From an uncultured delta proteobacterium (GTDB lineage Bacteria; Myxococcota_A; Polyangia; Polyangiales; Polyangiaceae): DNA of 64,000 nucleotides. Below, piece by piece: positions 10,501 through 21,233 of the stretch (position 1 is its first letter; the number at the start of each line of letters is the position of its first letter). Location: positions 2,569,561 to 2,633,560 of the forward strand of contig CAWIUL010000011.1 of the NCBI GenBank assembly GCA_963839305.1, written 5' to 3'. The notes under the pieces were generated by a model. It saw only the letters and a program-made list of their open reading frames with translations, had not been told where the DNA came from and ran no database searches. The position numbers and the translations under genes are program-made.

Positions 10501-10840
10501 CGCCGCGCTGCCTCGCGCGATGCACGAGCCGCGCGCAGAGCGCCTCGACGCCGAGCGCCCCAACCGGAACGAGGCCGCGCTCGGCGAGCGCTGGCGCCGC
10601 AAGCGTTCCGGCGAGGCGAGCGAACGTGACGCGTTGCCACCCGAACACCGCGCCGCCCTCCTGCACCTCGCGCCGCGCGAGGTCCGCGAGCGCGTCTTTT
10701 CCGGGGCCGACGAGGACGACGTCTGCGGCGCGCCCGCGCTCCGCGAGGAACTGCCGGACGCGCGAAAGGCGCGCCGTGGCGGAGCTAGAGGCGAAGGCGA
10801 TCGCGGCCATGGACGGGTTGATGCTAATCCATCCCGCCAT
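7547..10840 (-). CDS. addB: Helicase-nuclease subunit B-like (AddB-like, PD-(D/E)xK nuclease with 4-Cys Fe-S motif)
   Basis: About 1100 aa. C-terminal nuclease region has IDLVERRDRDGWLRATDHKSGK plus YYCTS...CRWCDYQRIC, a four-Cys cluster typical of AddB. No canonical Walker A. Immediately upstream of addA. The start may be at 10810 (MAAIAF...) instead. Confidence 0.75.
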   Translation of the reverse strand: MAGWISINPSMAAIAFASSSATARLSRVRQFLAERGRAADVVLVGPGKDALADLARREVQEGGAVFGWQRVTFARLAGTLAAPALAERGLVPVGALGVEALCARLVHRARQRGELERLAPIADFPGLPKALARTLEEVRLARVDPSSLGDSPEVKDLARLAGPFVDLLSEVKLADRAAVLEAALARAKDPAPHALLDRPTVFFDVAIESELESELLAAIFARAKGAIITVPHGDDGTMSHVRALSSIDRLAPIGAPAAIQEQLFSEHTELRAPDESLTMFSAPGESRECVEIVRIAKAEAERGTRFDRMAVLLRAPSRYRAHLEEALRRATIPAHFARGTARPDPSGRALLALLACKLESLSAMRFAEYLSLGEIPRADPLGAPPPAKDEGSRWVPPDSEVVADVVSRASYEEGEDEEGLEPAEDESPVEHGTLRAPRLWERLLVDAAVIEDKARWARRLEGLQAELQADLENAKRYAEERVASFERSIDALGALRDFALPLLDELEALPESATWGQWIESLSVLASRALRKPTRVQAALAELEPMSEVGPIDLREVRLVLEQRLTDVIDPPSGSRYGKIFIATPEEARGMEFDVVFVPGLAEKMFPQKVIEDPILPDGIRADSGLRKNDERSANERLALRLAVGAASRRVVASYPRLDVDQARPRTPSFYALELVRAAEGVLPGFDDLARRASSASVRIGWPAPLHAKDAIDDAEYDLAILERVLQLPSEETVGAARYLLTSNPHLGRALRFRAERWNNVRWYRSDGLVHPSAAAHEALKKHDLSARSFSPTALQNFASCPYKFLLQAVHRLAPREEPAPLEEIDPLQRGSMMHEAQFETLCALRDEKLLPVTMSNLSAARVVLDRSTATVASRYEDDLKPAIPRVWEDGVARIRADLAEWLRRMATDESERGWIPAHFELSFGLAKDRREQQDPKSAEKPLDLDCGIKLRGSIDLVERRDRDGWLRATDHKSGKVRADESTIIGGGKTLQPVLYALAIEKLLGGTVWGGRLYYCTSAGDYTSVPIPLDTSAREEAKLVATTIHDAIERGFLPAVPAKGECRWCDYQRICGPYEETRVAKKPAKDIVPLSRLRERA

Positions 10841-13031
10841 GCTCGCGGCCTGGGGTCGATTTGTCTTTCGGCACCGCTTGTTCGTACTGCTCTGCTGCGG
10901 CGTCTGCGTCGCGTTCGGGCTCATCGGGCTGCGCGACGGCGGCCCGCTCACGACCGGCACCCTGAAGGACCTCGAGTCGACGCACGCCGCGAAGGCTGCG
11001 CAAGAGGCGCTCGGCGATCGCGCGGGCCCGAACGTCATCGCGCTCTTCCGGAGCGACGAGCTCACGGTGGACGATCCGTCGTTCTACGAAAAAATGGGCG
11101 ACGCGCTCGCGCCGCTCGAGCACGACAAGCACGTCGCGTCCATCCTCTCGCCCGTCGAGGCGCCCACTCGCATCGGCGAGACGCTCGTTTCGAGCGACCG
11201 ACACGAGGCGCTCGCGGTCATCACGCTGCACGGCAACATCACGGACGCGAAGAAGGCCTTCCCGGACATCCGCGACGAGATCAAGCCGGGCGCGTTCAAG
11301 ATCCAATACACGGGCGACGCGAAATACCGCGCCGATCTCGACGACACGCTCCGGAGCGATCTGTTCGTCGCCGAGCTCGTGAGCCTCCCGCTCGCGCTCC
11401 TCGTGCTCATCGTCGTCTTTCGGAGCGTCGTCGCCGCGACGCTGCCCGTGATCACCGGCGGCCTCGCCGTGCTCTCGGCGATCGCGTGCATCCTCCAGAT
11501 CGCGCGCTTCACCGACATGGCGCAGTACACGCTCAACGTCGCGTCGCTCATAGGGCTCGGCTTGGCGATCGACTACTCGCTCTTCTACACGAGCCGCTTC
11601 CGCGAGGAGCTCGCGGGCGGCGCGTCCGTCGAGCAAGCCATCGAGACCGCGATGGCCACGGCCGGACACGCCGTCCTCGGGAGCGGGCTCGCGGCGGGCG
11701 TCGGGCTCTCGGGGCTCCTCTTCTTCAAGCACTCGTACGTCTCGGCGATGGGGCTCGCGGGCGGCGTCGTCGTCGTCCTCTCGATGGCCTCGGCGCTCAC
11801 GCTCCTGCCCGCGCTCCTCGCGATCCTCGGCAAGCGCGTCGACGCGGGCTCGTTCGGACGCAAGGGCGTCGCCGACGGCCGCGTGTGGCGGCGCATCGTC
11901 CCGAAGGTGATGGCGCACCCGATCGCGGTGCTCGTGCCGACGCTCGCGATCGTGCTCGCGCTCGGCTTGCCGTTCCGCCGCATCGACACGGCGAGCGCGT
12001 TCGTCGGCGTCCTTCCGATGAAGACCGAAGCGCGCGCGACGTACGAGAAGATCCGCGCGGATTTCCCCGCGCAAGCGAACAACCGCATCCTCGTGGTCGT
12101 CGAGTTTCCGACGCCCGAGCTCACCGAAGAGCGCGTCCATGCGCTCCGCGCGCTGCGCGATCGGATCGCGAAGCTCCCCGGCGTGGAGCGCGTCGACAGC
12201 CTCTTGGACTTCGATCCCACGCTCCCGCCCGATCAGGCAGACAAGATTTTGTCGCTCGCGCCCGACCTTCGTCCGATCGACGTCGCGGGAGCGCTCGCTC
12301 ACCTCTCGGGCGGAAGCACGCATTTGATGTACGTCGAGACGCGCGGCCTCCCTCGGACGGCCGAGGCGCGCGCCGCGGTGCACGCGATTCGAACCGATCG
12401 CAGCGTCGGCGACGGCAAGCTGCAGGTCGGCGGCCTGTCCGCGGTCGACGTCGACACGAACGCCTTCTTCGCCGAGCACACGCCCGCGGCCGTCGCGTTC
12501 GTCGCGACGCTCACGTACCTGATCCTCTTCGCGCTCTTCCGGTCCGTCGTCCTGCCGCTCAAGGCGGTCATCACCAACCTCTTGTCGATCACCGCGTCGT
12601 TCGGCGCGCTCGTGTGGATCTTCCAAGAAGGCCACTTCGCGTCGGTCTTGAAGTTCGAGCCTGGGCCCGTCGAGCCCACGCTGCCCGTCCTCCTCTTCTG
12701 CGTCGTGTTCGGTTTGTCGATGGACTACGAGGTGCTGCTCCTCAGCCGCATGCAGGAGGAGCACCTGAAGCACGGCGACAACGCGCGCGCCGTCACCGAG
12801 GGCCTCGCGCGGAGCGGGCGGCTCATCACCAGCGCCGCGGCGATCATGGTGTCGGTCTTCGCGGCGTTCTCGATGGCGAGCGTCGTCATGATGAAGGCGA
12901 TGGGCGTCGCGATGGCGATCGCGGTCGCGCTCGACGCGACGGTCGTGCGCACGCTCCTCGTTCCCGCGGCGATGCGCCTGTTCGGCGAGCTCAACTGGTG
13001 GGCGCCGTTTGGCCTATCGCGTCGCCGATGA
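10839..13031 (+). CDS. MMPL-family (RND superfamily) membrane exporter
   Basis: N-terminus MLAAWGRFVFRHRLFVLLCCG matches the MmpL start pattern. Twelve TM helices in two clusters separated by periplasmic loops; GLAIDYSLFY and GLSMDYEVLL motifs. Alternative in-frame starts at 10809 and 10821. Confidence 0.8.
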   Translation: MLAAWGRFVFRHRLFVLLCCGVCVAFGLIGLRDGGPLTTGTLKDLESTHAAKAAQEALGDRAGPNVIALFRSDELTVDDPSFYEKMGDALAPLEHDKHVASILSPVEAPTRIGETLVSSDRHEALAVITLHGNITDAKKAFPDIRDEIKPGAFKIQYTGDAKYRADLDDTLRSDLFVAELVSLPLALLVLIVVFRSVVAATLPVITGGLAVLSAIACILQIARFTDMAQYTLNVASLIGLGLAIDYSLFYTSRFREELAGGASVEQAIETAMATAGHAVLGSGLAAGVGLSGLLFFKHSYVSAMGLAGGVVVVLSMASALTLLPALLAILGKRVDAGSFGRKGVADGRVWRRIVPKVMAHPIAVLVPTLAIVLALGLPFRRIDTASAFVGVLPMKTEARATYEKIRADFPAQANNRILVVVEFPTPELTEERVHALRALRDRIAKLPGVERVDSLLDFDPTLPPDQADKILSLAPDLRPIDVAGALAHLSGGSTHLMYVETRGLPRTAEARAAVHAIRTDRSVGDGKLQVGGLSAVDVDTNAFFAEHTPAAVAFVATLTYLILFALFRSVVLPLKAVITNLLSITASFGALVWIFQEGHFASVLKFEPGPVEPTLPVLLFCVVFGLSMDYEVLLLSRMQEEHLKHGDNARAVTEGLARSGRLITSAAAIMVSVFAAFSMASVVMMKAMGVAMAIAVALDATVVRTLLVPAAMRLFGELNWWAPFGLSRRR

Positions 13032-13096
13032 CGCTCACGGCCGAGCCGTCGGCGATGCCGAGCTTTTGCGCGAGCGGCGTGCCCGAGTAGCCTGCG

Positions 13097-14008
13097 TTGG
13101 CCATGTCGGCATCTTACCCAAAGCGCTCCAGCATCACTCGCCAGCCCAACCTCGTACCTCCGCTTCGCTCCGACGTGCGAGGTTGCATCGTCTTGGGTGA
13201 CTGCGCGCGCGTCCTGCCGACGCTGCCCGAGAAGTTCGCGCGGCTCGTGTACGTCGATCCGCCGTTCAACACGGGCGCCGTGCAGAAGCGCGATCGCATG
13301 CGCGTGACGCGGTCGGAGACGGGCGAGCGCGCGGGCTTCGGAGGGGCGCGCTACGACGTCGAGCGGCTCGCGTCGAGCGCGTACGCCGATACGTTCGACG
13401 ACTACCTCGCGTTCTTGATGCCGCGCATCGAGGCCTCGCTGCGCTGCCTGACCGACGACGGCTCGCTCTTCGTCCACCTCGACTGGCGCGAGGTGCACTA
13501 CGTGAAGGTCGCGCTCGATCGCCTCCTCGGGCGCGATCACTTCCAAAATGAAATCGTGTGGGCCTACGACTACGGCGGGCGCGGCAAGCGAAAATGGCCT
13601 CAAAAACACGACTCGATCCTCTGGTACACGAAGAGCGCGAAGGACTGGGTCTTCGAGTACGACGCGATCGACCGCATCCCGTACATGGCGCCGAGCCTCG
13701 TCGGACCCGAGAAGGCCGCGCGCGGCAAGACGCCGACCGACGTCTGGTGGCACACGATCGTTCCGACGAGCGGGCGCGAGAAGACCGGGTACCCGACGCA
13801 GAAGCCGCTCGGAATATTGCGGCGCATCGTACGCGTTCACTCGCGACCCGATGACGTCGTGCTCGATTTCTTCGCCGGCAGCGGGACGACCGGCGAGGCC
13901 GCGGCGCTCGAAGGCAGGCGCTTCGTCCTCGTCGACGACGCGGTCGACGCGGTCCGCGTGTGCAAGGCGCGCCTCGCCGCGCATCGTCCGAGCTGCGTCG
14001 GGTGCTAA
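13097..14008 (+). CDS. DNA methyltransferase (N6-adenine/N4-cytosine, beta class, N6_N4_Mtase family); apparently orphan
   Basis: Motif IV DPPF lies near the N-terminus and motif I FFAGSGTTG near the C-terminus, which is beta-class order. TQKP motif present. No endonuclease gene is adjacent. Confidence 0.8.
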   Translation: MAMSASYPKRSSITRQPNLVPPLRSDVRGCIVLGDCARVLPTLPEKFARLVYVDPPFNTGAVQKRDRMRVTRSETGERAGFGGARYDVERLASSAYADTFDDYLAFLMPRIEASLRCLTDDGSLFVHLDWREVHYVKVALDRLLGRDHFQNEIVWAYDYGGRGKRKWPQKHDSILWYTKSAKDWVFEYDAIDRIPYMAPSLVGPEKAARGKTPTDVWWHTIVPTSGREKTGYPTQKPLGILRRIVRVHSRPDDVVLDFFAGSGTTGEAAALEGRRFVLVDDAVDAVRVCKARLAAHRPSCVGC

Positions 14009-14020
14009 AGGTGTGAGCAC

Positions 14021-15184
14021 GTGCAAACACGCGCGCTGATCCTTTCCCTCGTGAGCCTCGTGATCTCGGGGCTCGCGCACGCGATGCTCGCGACGTGGCT
14101 GTTCGACGCGTTCCCCGCGCTTCGGGCGCGAAAGCGCGCAGTCATCGGCGCGCTCGTGGTGCTCGTCTTCCTCGGCACGGTCTCGCGGCTCGTCACGATC
14201 GCGACGCACTCGGAGATCTCGGGGACGATCTTCGCCGCGGCGATGTGCGAGACAATCGTCGTCCTCTTCTCGTCGGTGCCGCTCGTGTTCGTGCGCGCCG
14301 CGGCGCGAACGGCGAAGGCTTTCGCGCCCCCGAAGACCGAGGACGAAGAGATCTCCCGAAGGCGCATGATCGAGCGCACCGGCGGGCTCGCGGTGCTCGG
14401 CGCGACCGGATCGCTCATCGGCTGGGGCGCGATCATCGGTCGACACGACTTCATCGTCGAAGAGATCGCGGTGAAGATCCCCGGGCTCCCGCGCGCGCTC
14501 GACGGCTACACGATCGCGCAGATCTCGGACATCCACGTCGGCCTGCTCGTCCGCGAGCGCGACATCGCCGAGGGGCTCGACAAGCTCGCGCGGACGAAGA
14601 GCGACCTCGTCGTGATCACGGGCGACATGGTCGACTTCGACCCGCGGTACATCGAGACGACGGCGCGCATCCTCGGAAGGATCCGCGCGCGCGACGGCGT
14701 CTACGCGATCTACGGAAACCACGATCACTACACGGGCGCGGACGAAGTGGGGCAGGCGCTCCGCGCCGCGGGGATCGACGTGCTCGTCAACGACGGGCGG
14801 CTCATACGCGCCAAGGACGGCGGCGGGTTCTCGCTGCTCGGAGTCGACGACGTCGCGGGGCTTCGGTTCGGCGGCGTCGGTCCTCGGCTCGATCGCGCGC
14901 AGTCCGCGGTCCCGAACGATCGCCCGCAGATCCTCCTCTCGCACCAGCCGCACACGATCGACTACTGGGCGGGACGCGTCGCCCTTCAGCTCAGCGGACA
15001 CACGCACGGCGGCCAGCTCAATCCAGGCTTCAAACCCGCGAAGCTCGTGATGCGCTACGTCCAAGGGCGATTCGTCGTCGGCGGCTCGACGCTCTGGGTG
15101 AACCGGGGCTTCGGAGTCGTGGGTCCTCCCGCGCGAATCGGCGCTCCGCCCGAGGTCACGAAGATCGTGCTCGTCGCGTCGTGA
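14021..15184 (+). CDS. Membrane-anchored metallophosphoesterase (calcineurin-like, YkuE-type)
   Basis: N-terminal TM helices, then the phosphoesterase motifs ISDIHVG, ITGDMVD, GNHDH and GHTHGG. Confidence 0.8.
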   Translation: MQTRALILSLVSLVISGLAHAMLATWLFDAFPALRARKRAVIGALVVLVFLGTVSRLVTIATHSEISGTIFAAAMCETIVVLFSSVPLVFVRAAARTAKAFAPPKTEDEEISRRRMIERTGGLAVLGATGSLIGWGAIIGRHDFIVEEIAVKIPGLPRALDGYTIAQISDIHVGLLVRERDIAEGLDKLARTKSDLVVITGDMVDFDPRYIETTARILGRIRARDGVYAIYGNHDHYTGADEVGQALRAAGIDVLVNDGRLIRAKDGGGFSLLGVDDVAGLRFGGVGPRLDRAQSAVPNDRPQILLSHQPHTIDYWAGRVALQLSGHTHGGQLNPGFKPAKLVMRYVQGRFVVGGSTLWVNRGFGVVGPPARIGAPPEVTKIVLVAS

Positions 15185-15197
15185 TAGTTTCGCGTCC

Positions 15198-16367
15198 GTG
15201 ATGAGATCGTGGTGCGTCTTGGCGCTCGTGCTCGTCGCGCCGCTCGCGAGCGCGCAGGACGACGCCCTCGCGCGCGCGCGCTTCCTCGATCAACAAGGCG
15301 TGCGCGCGTTCGGCGAAGGTCGCTTCCGCGACGCCGCGACGCTCTTCAACGAGTCGTACCGCGCGGGCGGCCCGCCGACCGAGCTCTGGAACGTGGCGCG
15401 CTGTCAGCTGAAGCTCGACGACCCCGACGCCGCTCGAAAGATCCTCGAGGTCTACCTCGACAGGAAAGACCTGAGCGCCGAAGATCGCGCCGAGGGAAAG
15501 CGCCTGCTCGACGAGATCGAGAACAAGACCTCCACGTTCGTCGTCGCGTCGACGCCGGCGGGCGCGACGGTCACGCTCGATGGACGCGTCATCGGCACGA
15601 CGCCGGTCTCGTCGGTGCTGCAACCGGGCGCCCACGAGATCCGCATCGCGCGCGAGGGCGTGGGCAGCACGACGAAGCGCGTCCAAGCGCACGACGGTCG
15701 CGCGGTCGTCATCAGCGTCGAGCTCGGCTCGATCCCGAAGGACGAAGAAGAGCACCACCCGCACGAGAAACCGAAGAAGCACGCGATCAACCGCTTTTCC
15801 GCGGAGCTCGGGGTCATCGGCACGCTCTCGGTGCTCGGCGGCGGCGCGCTCGTCACGGGGATGGCGTCGCCCGAGATCGCGTTCGGCTGGGCGCCGTTCG
15901 TGTTTCGCAACGCGCTGATCGGCTTCGGGCTGCGGTTTCGCATGACGTACGATCAGTGGTCGACGAGCGCGAACGTCTCGAACGCGAACGCGAGCTGCGC
16001 GCTGCCGAACGACTACGGCGCGACCGAGATCCTCGCGATGCCGACGCTGTTCGGCGCGATGCGCGTCTCGCGGCGCGTGTCGGTCGGGGCGCGTGCCGGT
16101 TTCGGCGGCGCGATCTACGCGTCAGGGTCGCCCATCGGCGGCGACCTCTTCGCGCCTGCGTGCGTCTACGGCGGCTCGCTCGCGCCCGACGGCTACGCCG
16201 CGCTCGACGTCTCCGTCTCGCTCCTCGATCAGCTCCGGCTCGTCCTCTATCCCGCGACGTTCGACGTCCACCCCGCGTACGTCGGCGCGCGAAACGACGG
16301 CGTGCTCGACGCGAGCGGACCCTGGTTCCGGATCGGCGCGGGCGTCTCTCTCGCGGTGGACCTGTGA
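15198..16367 (+). CDS. Secreted TPR-like and PEGA-domain protein with hydrophobic C-terminal region
   Basis: Signal peptide MMRSWCVLALVLVAPLASAQ (GTG 15198, ATG 15201). PEGA-like segment ATVTLDGRVIGTTPVSSVLQPGAHEIRIAREG. The C-terminal region is Gly/aromatic-rich. Confidence 0.65.
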   Translation: MMRSWCVLALVLVAPLASAQDDALARARFLDQQGVRAFGEGRFRDAATLFNESYRAGGPPTELWNVARCQLKLDDPDAARKILEVYLDRKDLSAEDRAEGKRLLDEIENKTSTFVVASTPAGATVTLDGRVIGTTPVSSVLQPGAHEIRIAREGVGSTTKRVQAHDGRAVVISVELGSIPKDEEEHHPHEKPKKHAINRFSAELGVIGTLSVLGGGALVTGMASPEIAFGWAPFVFRNALIGFGLRFRMTYDQWSTSANVSNANASCALPNDYGATEILAMPTLFGAMRVSRRVSVGARAGFGGAIYASGSPIGGDLFAPACVYGGSLAPDGYAALDVSVSLLDQLRLVLYPATFDVHPAYVGARNDGVLDASGPWFRIGAGVSLAVDL

Positions 16368-17464
16368 TCCTGCGCGGCGCGCTCCTCTCGATCGCGCTCG
16401 CCCTCGCCGGCGCGGGAAGCGCGTGGTCGCTCGCGGGCCGCGACGCGATCCGCGGCGTCACGATCGGTCCGATCGAGAACGCGTACCACCCGAACGTGGG
16501 CTACGGCTCGCCCGCGTACGCGCGCTCGCTCGACGAGTCGCGCGCGTGGGGCGCCACGTGGGTCGCGATCACGCCGTTCGGCCGAGTCGCTGATCTCTCG
16601 GGAAATGGCGTCGATCCGACGTTCGAGGCGCCCTTCGAGAAGAACCGCGACGACGTCGCGCGCGCCATCCGCATGGCGCACGAGCGCGGCCTCCGCGTGA
16701 TGCTCGTGCCTCACCTGTGGGTCGAGTCCGGCGAGTGGCGCGCGAAGATCGATCCGCCCACCGACGAGGGCTGGGCCCGCTGGGCTCGGAGCTACGGCGA
16801 GTTCGTCACCGCGTGGGCGCGCGTCGCCGAGCAAGAGCACGCGGAGATCTTCAGCGCGGGCGTCGAGCTCCGGAGCTGGGTGACGAGCGGTCACGCGCCG
16901 AGCTTCTTCCTCGTGCTCGAGCAGGTGCGCCACGTCTACCACGGGCTCGTCACGTACTCGGCGAACTGGGACGACGTCGACGACACGATCATCCTCGGCG
17001 CGCTCGATCTGATCGGCATCAACGCGTTCTACCCGCTCGCCGATCGCGATCGCGCGACCGAGGGCGAGCTCATGGCCGGCGGCGAGCGCGTCCGCGCGAA
17101 GGTGCACAAGCTCGGCGAGACGTGGCAAAAACCCGTGCTCTTCACCGAGATTGGCTACACGACGCGGCCGGATCCGGCGATTCGCCCGTGGGAGTGGCCC
17201 GACTCGATGAAAGAGGTGCGCGTCGACGAGCACGCGCAGGCGCTCGCGTACCGCGCGCTCGTGAGGCCGCTCCTCGACGAGCCGAACCTCGCGGGCTTCT
17301 TCGTGTGGCGCGTCTACGCAGACCCCGACGACGTCTCGCAAGAGGCCGAATGGGGATTCTCTCCGCGCGGCAAGCTCGCCGAGCGCGTCGTCCGCGACGC
17401 GTTCGCGGCGAAATGGGCAGCCGACGGGGCGCGAGATCTCGCGTGGCCGCCGAGCGTCTGGTGA
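16364..17464 (+). CDS. Clan GH-A-like glycoside hydrolase (TIM barrel; GH113/GH5-like)
   Basis: GTG start overlaps the upstream stop (GTGA). Contains ...WGATWVAITPFG..., RVMLVPHLW and the putative nucleophile region VLFTEIGY. Only the C-terminal part of the long ORF 15209..17464 is real. Confidence 0.55.
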   Translation: MILRGALLSIALALAGAGSAWSLAGRDAIRGVTIGPIENAYHPNVGYGSPAYARSLDESRAWGATWVAITPFGRVADLSGNGVDPTFEAPFEKNRDDVARAIRMAHERGLRVMLVPHLWVESGEWRAKIDPPTDEGWARWARSYGEFVTAWARVAEQEHAEIFSAGVELRSWVTSGHAPSFFLVLEQVRHVYHGLVTYSANWDDVDDTIILGALDLIGINAFYPLADRDRATEGELMAGGERVRAKVHKLGETWQKPVLFTEIGYTTRPDPAIRPWEWPDSMKEVRVDEHAQALAYRALVRPLLDEPNLAGFFVWRVYADPDDVSQEAEWGFSPRGKLAERVVRDAFAAKWAADGARDLAWPPSVW

Positions 17465-17513
17465 AAGTCCGAACAAGTTGGCCCCACGAGAGCGCATCTG
17501 ATGCGATCCGTCC

Positions 17514-18452
17514 GTGGGAGTCCGTGTGCTCGGCGGTTTCTTGGTGGCGCTCGTCCTGGGCAGCGCCATCTCCGCCGTGCCGTCGTCGATATTTCGGCTG
17601 AAACCCGCTGAAATTCACGTGCAGTCTGCAAAGGTCACCGACGAGCGCGCCGCGCCGGCGCCGGTCGTCGAGTCGGGGCTGCCCGCGCCGGGCGACATGT
17701 CAGGGTGCGAGCTCACGACGGTCAAGTCGCGCGCGTGGCTCCTCGCCGAGGGTCCCGCGCGGGAGCAGGCGAGCCCGCGCCTCGTGACGCTCACGTTCGA
17801 CGACGGACCCGACCCCGACACGACGCCGACGGTGCTGAGGCTCCTCGACAAGCACCACGTGCGCGCCGCGTTCTTCTTCATCGGACGCTACCTCGACGGC
17901 AACAAGCGCCGCGCGGTCCGCTCGCGCGCGGTCGCGCGCGACGTCGCGGCCGCGGGGCACCTCATCGGGAGCCACACGCACGACCACGAGCTGCTCACGA
18001 CGATGACGCACACGCGCGTGCTCGATCAGATCGACGACGGCACCGCCTCGATCGAGCGCGCGATCGGCCGCCACGCCGACCTCTTCCGTCCGCCGTACGG
18101 GCAGCTCGACGCGTTCGGCGAGAAGGCGATCGCCGACCGCCACCTCGGGCTCGTCCTCTGGAGCGTCGAGGCGGGCGACATGCAGGATCCCGACGAGAAC
18201 GAGGTGTTCTCGCACTTGGTCGAGCAGCTCGACTACGCCGCGGGCGGGCTCGTGCTCCTGCACGACGTGAAGTGGCCGAACGTCCGCGTGCTCGCGCGGC
18301 TGCTCGATTGGCTCGACGCAAAAAAGTACTCCGTCGTCGATCTCCCCACGTATTTCCGGGAAACGCGCGCCCATCCGCAGCCGTACGCGTCGCGCAAGGA
18401 GCTCGAGGACGCTCGCGCCGCGGCGTGGCGCGCATCACACCCGCGCACGTGA
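17514..18452 (+). CDS. Polysaccharide deacetylase (NodB homology domain), secreted
   Basis: NodB motifs TFDDGP, HTHDH, RPPYG and LLHD. GTG start; N-terminal signal-like segment. Confidence 0.8.
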   Translation: MGVRVLGGFLVALVLGSAISAVPSSIFRLKPAEIHVQSAKVTDERAAPAPVVESGLPAPGDMSGCELTTVKSRAWLLAEGPAREQASPRLVTLTFDDGPDPDTTPTVLRLLDKHHVRAAFFFIGRYLDGNKRRAVRSRAVARDVAAAGHLIGSHTHDHELLTTMTHTRVLDQIDDGTASIERAIGRHADLFRPPYGQLDAFGEKAIADRHLGLVLWSVEAGDMQDPDENEVFSHLVEQLDYAAGGLVLLHDVKWPNVRVLARLLDWLDAKKYSVVDLPTYFRETRAHPQPYASRKELEDARAAAWRASHPRT

Positions 18453-18465
18453 TAAGAATTCGGCC

Positions 18466-19197
18466 GTGGCCAAGAAGAAATCGAAGCCAGTGCCGCAAGC
18501 GCAAGCTGCGCAGCCGCAGCCCGAGGCGCCGCAACCCCCGCCGTGGACGTACGCGGCGTACGGCGCGTTCGTGCTGCTCGCGGCCGTCCTCGTCTACAGC
18601 TTCGTGACCGTCGCGCGCGAAGGCGAGTCCCGTCGCGAGTGCGCCGCGCTCTGCCTGACGCACCCGAACTACGCGGGCGCGAGCCTCACCGCGCCCGACT
18701 TCACGCTGAAGGACATGAACGGCGCGGACGTCTCGCTCTCGAGCTATCGCGGCAAGGTCGTCCTCTTGAACTTCTGGGCGTCGTGGTGCGGGCCGTGTCG
18801 CGAGGAGATGCCGGACCTCGGCGAGCTCGCGCAGATCCTGAAGCCCGAGAAGGACGTCGCGCTCGTCACCGTGTCGGTCGACAGCGGCCCAGACGAAGTG
18901 CGCGATCTCCTCAAGACCGTCCTCAAGGGCGACCCGCCGTTCCCGGTGCTCTTCGATCCGAACGGCGACAAGATCGTCAACGGCAAGTACGGCACGCACC
19001 AGTTCCCCGAGACGTGGCTCATCGACAAACGCGGCGTCATCCGCGCGCGCTTCGATGGCGCGCGTCCGTGGCCGAACCCGATCGTCGTCGAGGCGATCGA
19101 GCAGCTCCGCGGCGTCGACTACTGCCCCGTGGAAATCAAAGAAGGCGCCATGACGGGGCGCGCCGCGCACTTCTGCGAAGAGCCCACGGGGAGCTGA
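18466..19197 (+). CDS. TlpA/ResA-family thiol-disulfide oxidoreductase (thioredoxin fold), membrane-anchored
   Basis: N-terminal TM anchor, WCGPC active site and LNFWASWCGPCREEMP context. GTG start. Confidence 0.8.
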   Translation: MAKKKSKPVPQAQAAQPQPEAPQPPPWTYAAYGAFVLLAAVLVYSFVTVAREGESRRECAALCLTHPNYAGASLTAPDFTLKDMNGADVSLSSYRGKVVLLNFWASWCGPCREEMPDLGELAQILKPEKDVALVTVSVDSGPDEVRDLLKTVLKGDPPFPVLFDPNGDKIVNGKYGTHQFPETWLIDKRGVIRARFDGARPWPNPIVVEAIEQLRGVDYCPVEIKEGAMTGRAAHFCEEPTGS

Positions 19198-19198
19198 G

Positions 19199-19663
19199 TC
19201 AGTTGAGCGTCTTTGGCGGCTCGGGGGCTTCGTTCGTGATGCGCCCGATCGCCGACGAATGATGATGCACCAGGCGCCACTCGCCTGACTCGCGGACGAA
19301 CACGTTCGTCGCCGCGAGGATCGCGCCTGCGCCGCTGTTCGGATCGGTGACGCGCTCGTAGCAGAGGACCATCGCGGCCATCGGCGCGCCAGCGCCGGAA
19401 CGGTTGGCGTCGCCGAGCATCACGACGCGCGTGCCCTCCACCGAGACTCGCGGCGCGCCGTCGCTCGAGAGGATCGCGTGCCACGAGCGGATCACCTGGG
19501 TCCTGCCGTGCAGCACGGTCGATCCCGGGTGCAAGCAGACGACGGGTGCGTGCGCGGCCCAGACCTTGTCCATCGCGTCGATGTCGCGCGTGTTGAATGC
19601 GTCGTAGAACGCTTCGTTGCTCGCGAGCACTTCGTTCTCCGTCGCCGCCGCCAGCATGCTCAT
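19199..19663 (-). CDS. SnoaL-like/NTF2-like (DUF4440-type) small protein
   Basis: 154 aa: MSMLAAATENEVLASNEAFYDAFNTRDIDAMDKVWA..., the typical NTF2-like N-terminus. Confidence 0.6.
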   Translation of the reverse strand: MSMLAAATENEVLASNEAFYDAFNTRDIDAMDKVWAAHAPVVCLHPGSTVLHGRTQVIRSWHAILSSDGAPRVSVEGTRVVMLGDANRSGAGAPMAAMVLCYERVTDPNSGAGAILAATNVFVRESGEWRLVHHHSSAIGRITNEAPEPPKTLN

Positions 19664-19677
19664 GTCCTAGCACGTCC

Positions 19678-21180
<1,503 letters not shown>

Positions 21181-21233
21181 ATTCTTCGACGATCGGCTCC
21201 GAACTCTCGCCTTGGGCTCGAGCGTGCGGCAGC

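Noticed and set aside
8336-15064. Long ORFs 8336..13090 (+), 10824..12773 (-) and 12725..15064 (-)
   Set aside because: Arg/Glu/Asp low-complexity translations overlapping the AddB, MMPL, methyltransferase and phosphoesterase genes, which have clear family signatures.
13097-15184. Restriction-modification system
   Set aside because: Only a methyltransferase is present. The neighbouring gene is a metallophosphoesterase, not an endonuclease. The HNH protein at 53981 is 40 kb away.
15209-16363. N-terminal 385 aa of ORF 15209..17464
   Set aside because: Arg-rich junk overlapping the PEGA/TPR gene. Only the C-terminal glycoside-hydrolase-like part, from GTG 16364, is protein-like.
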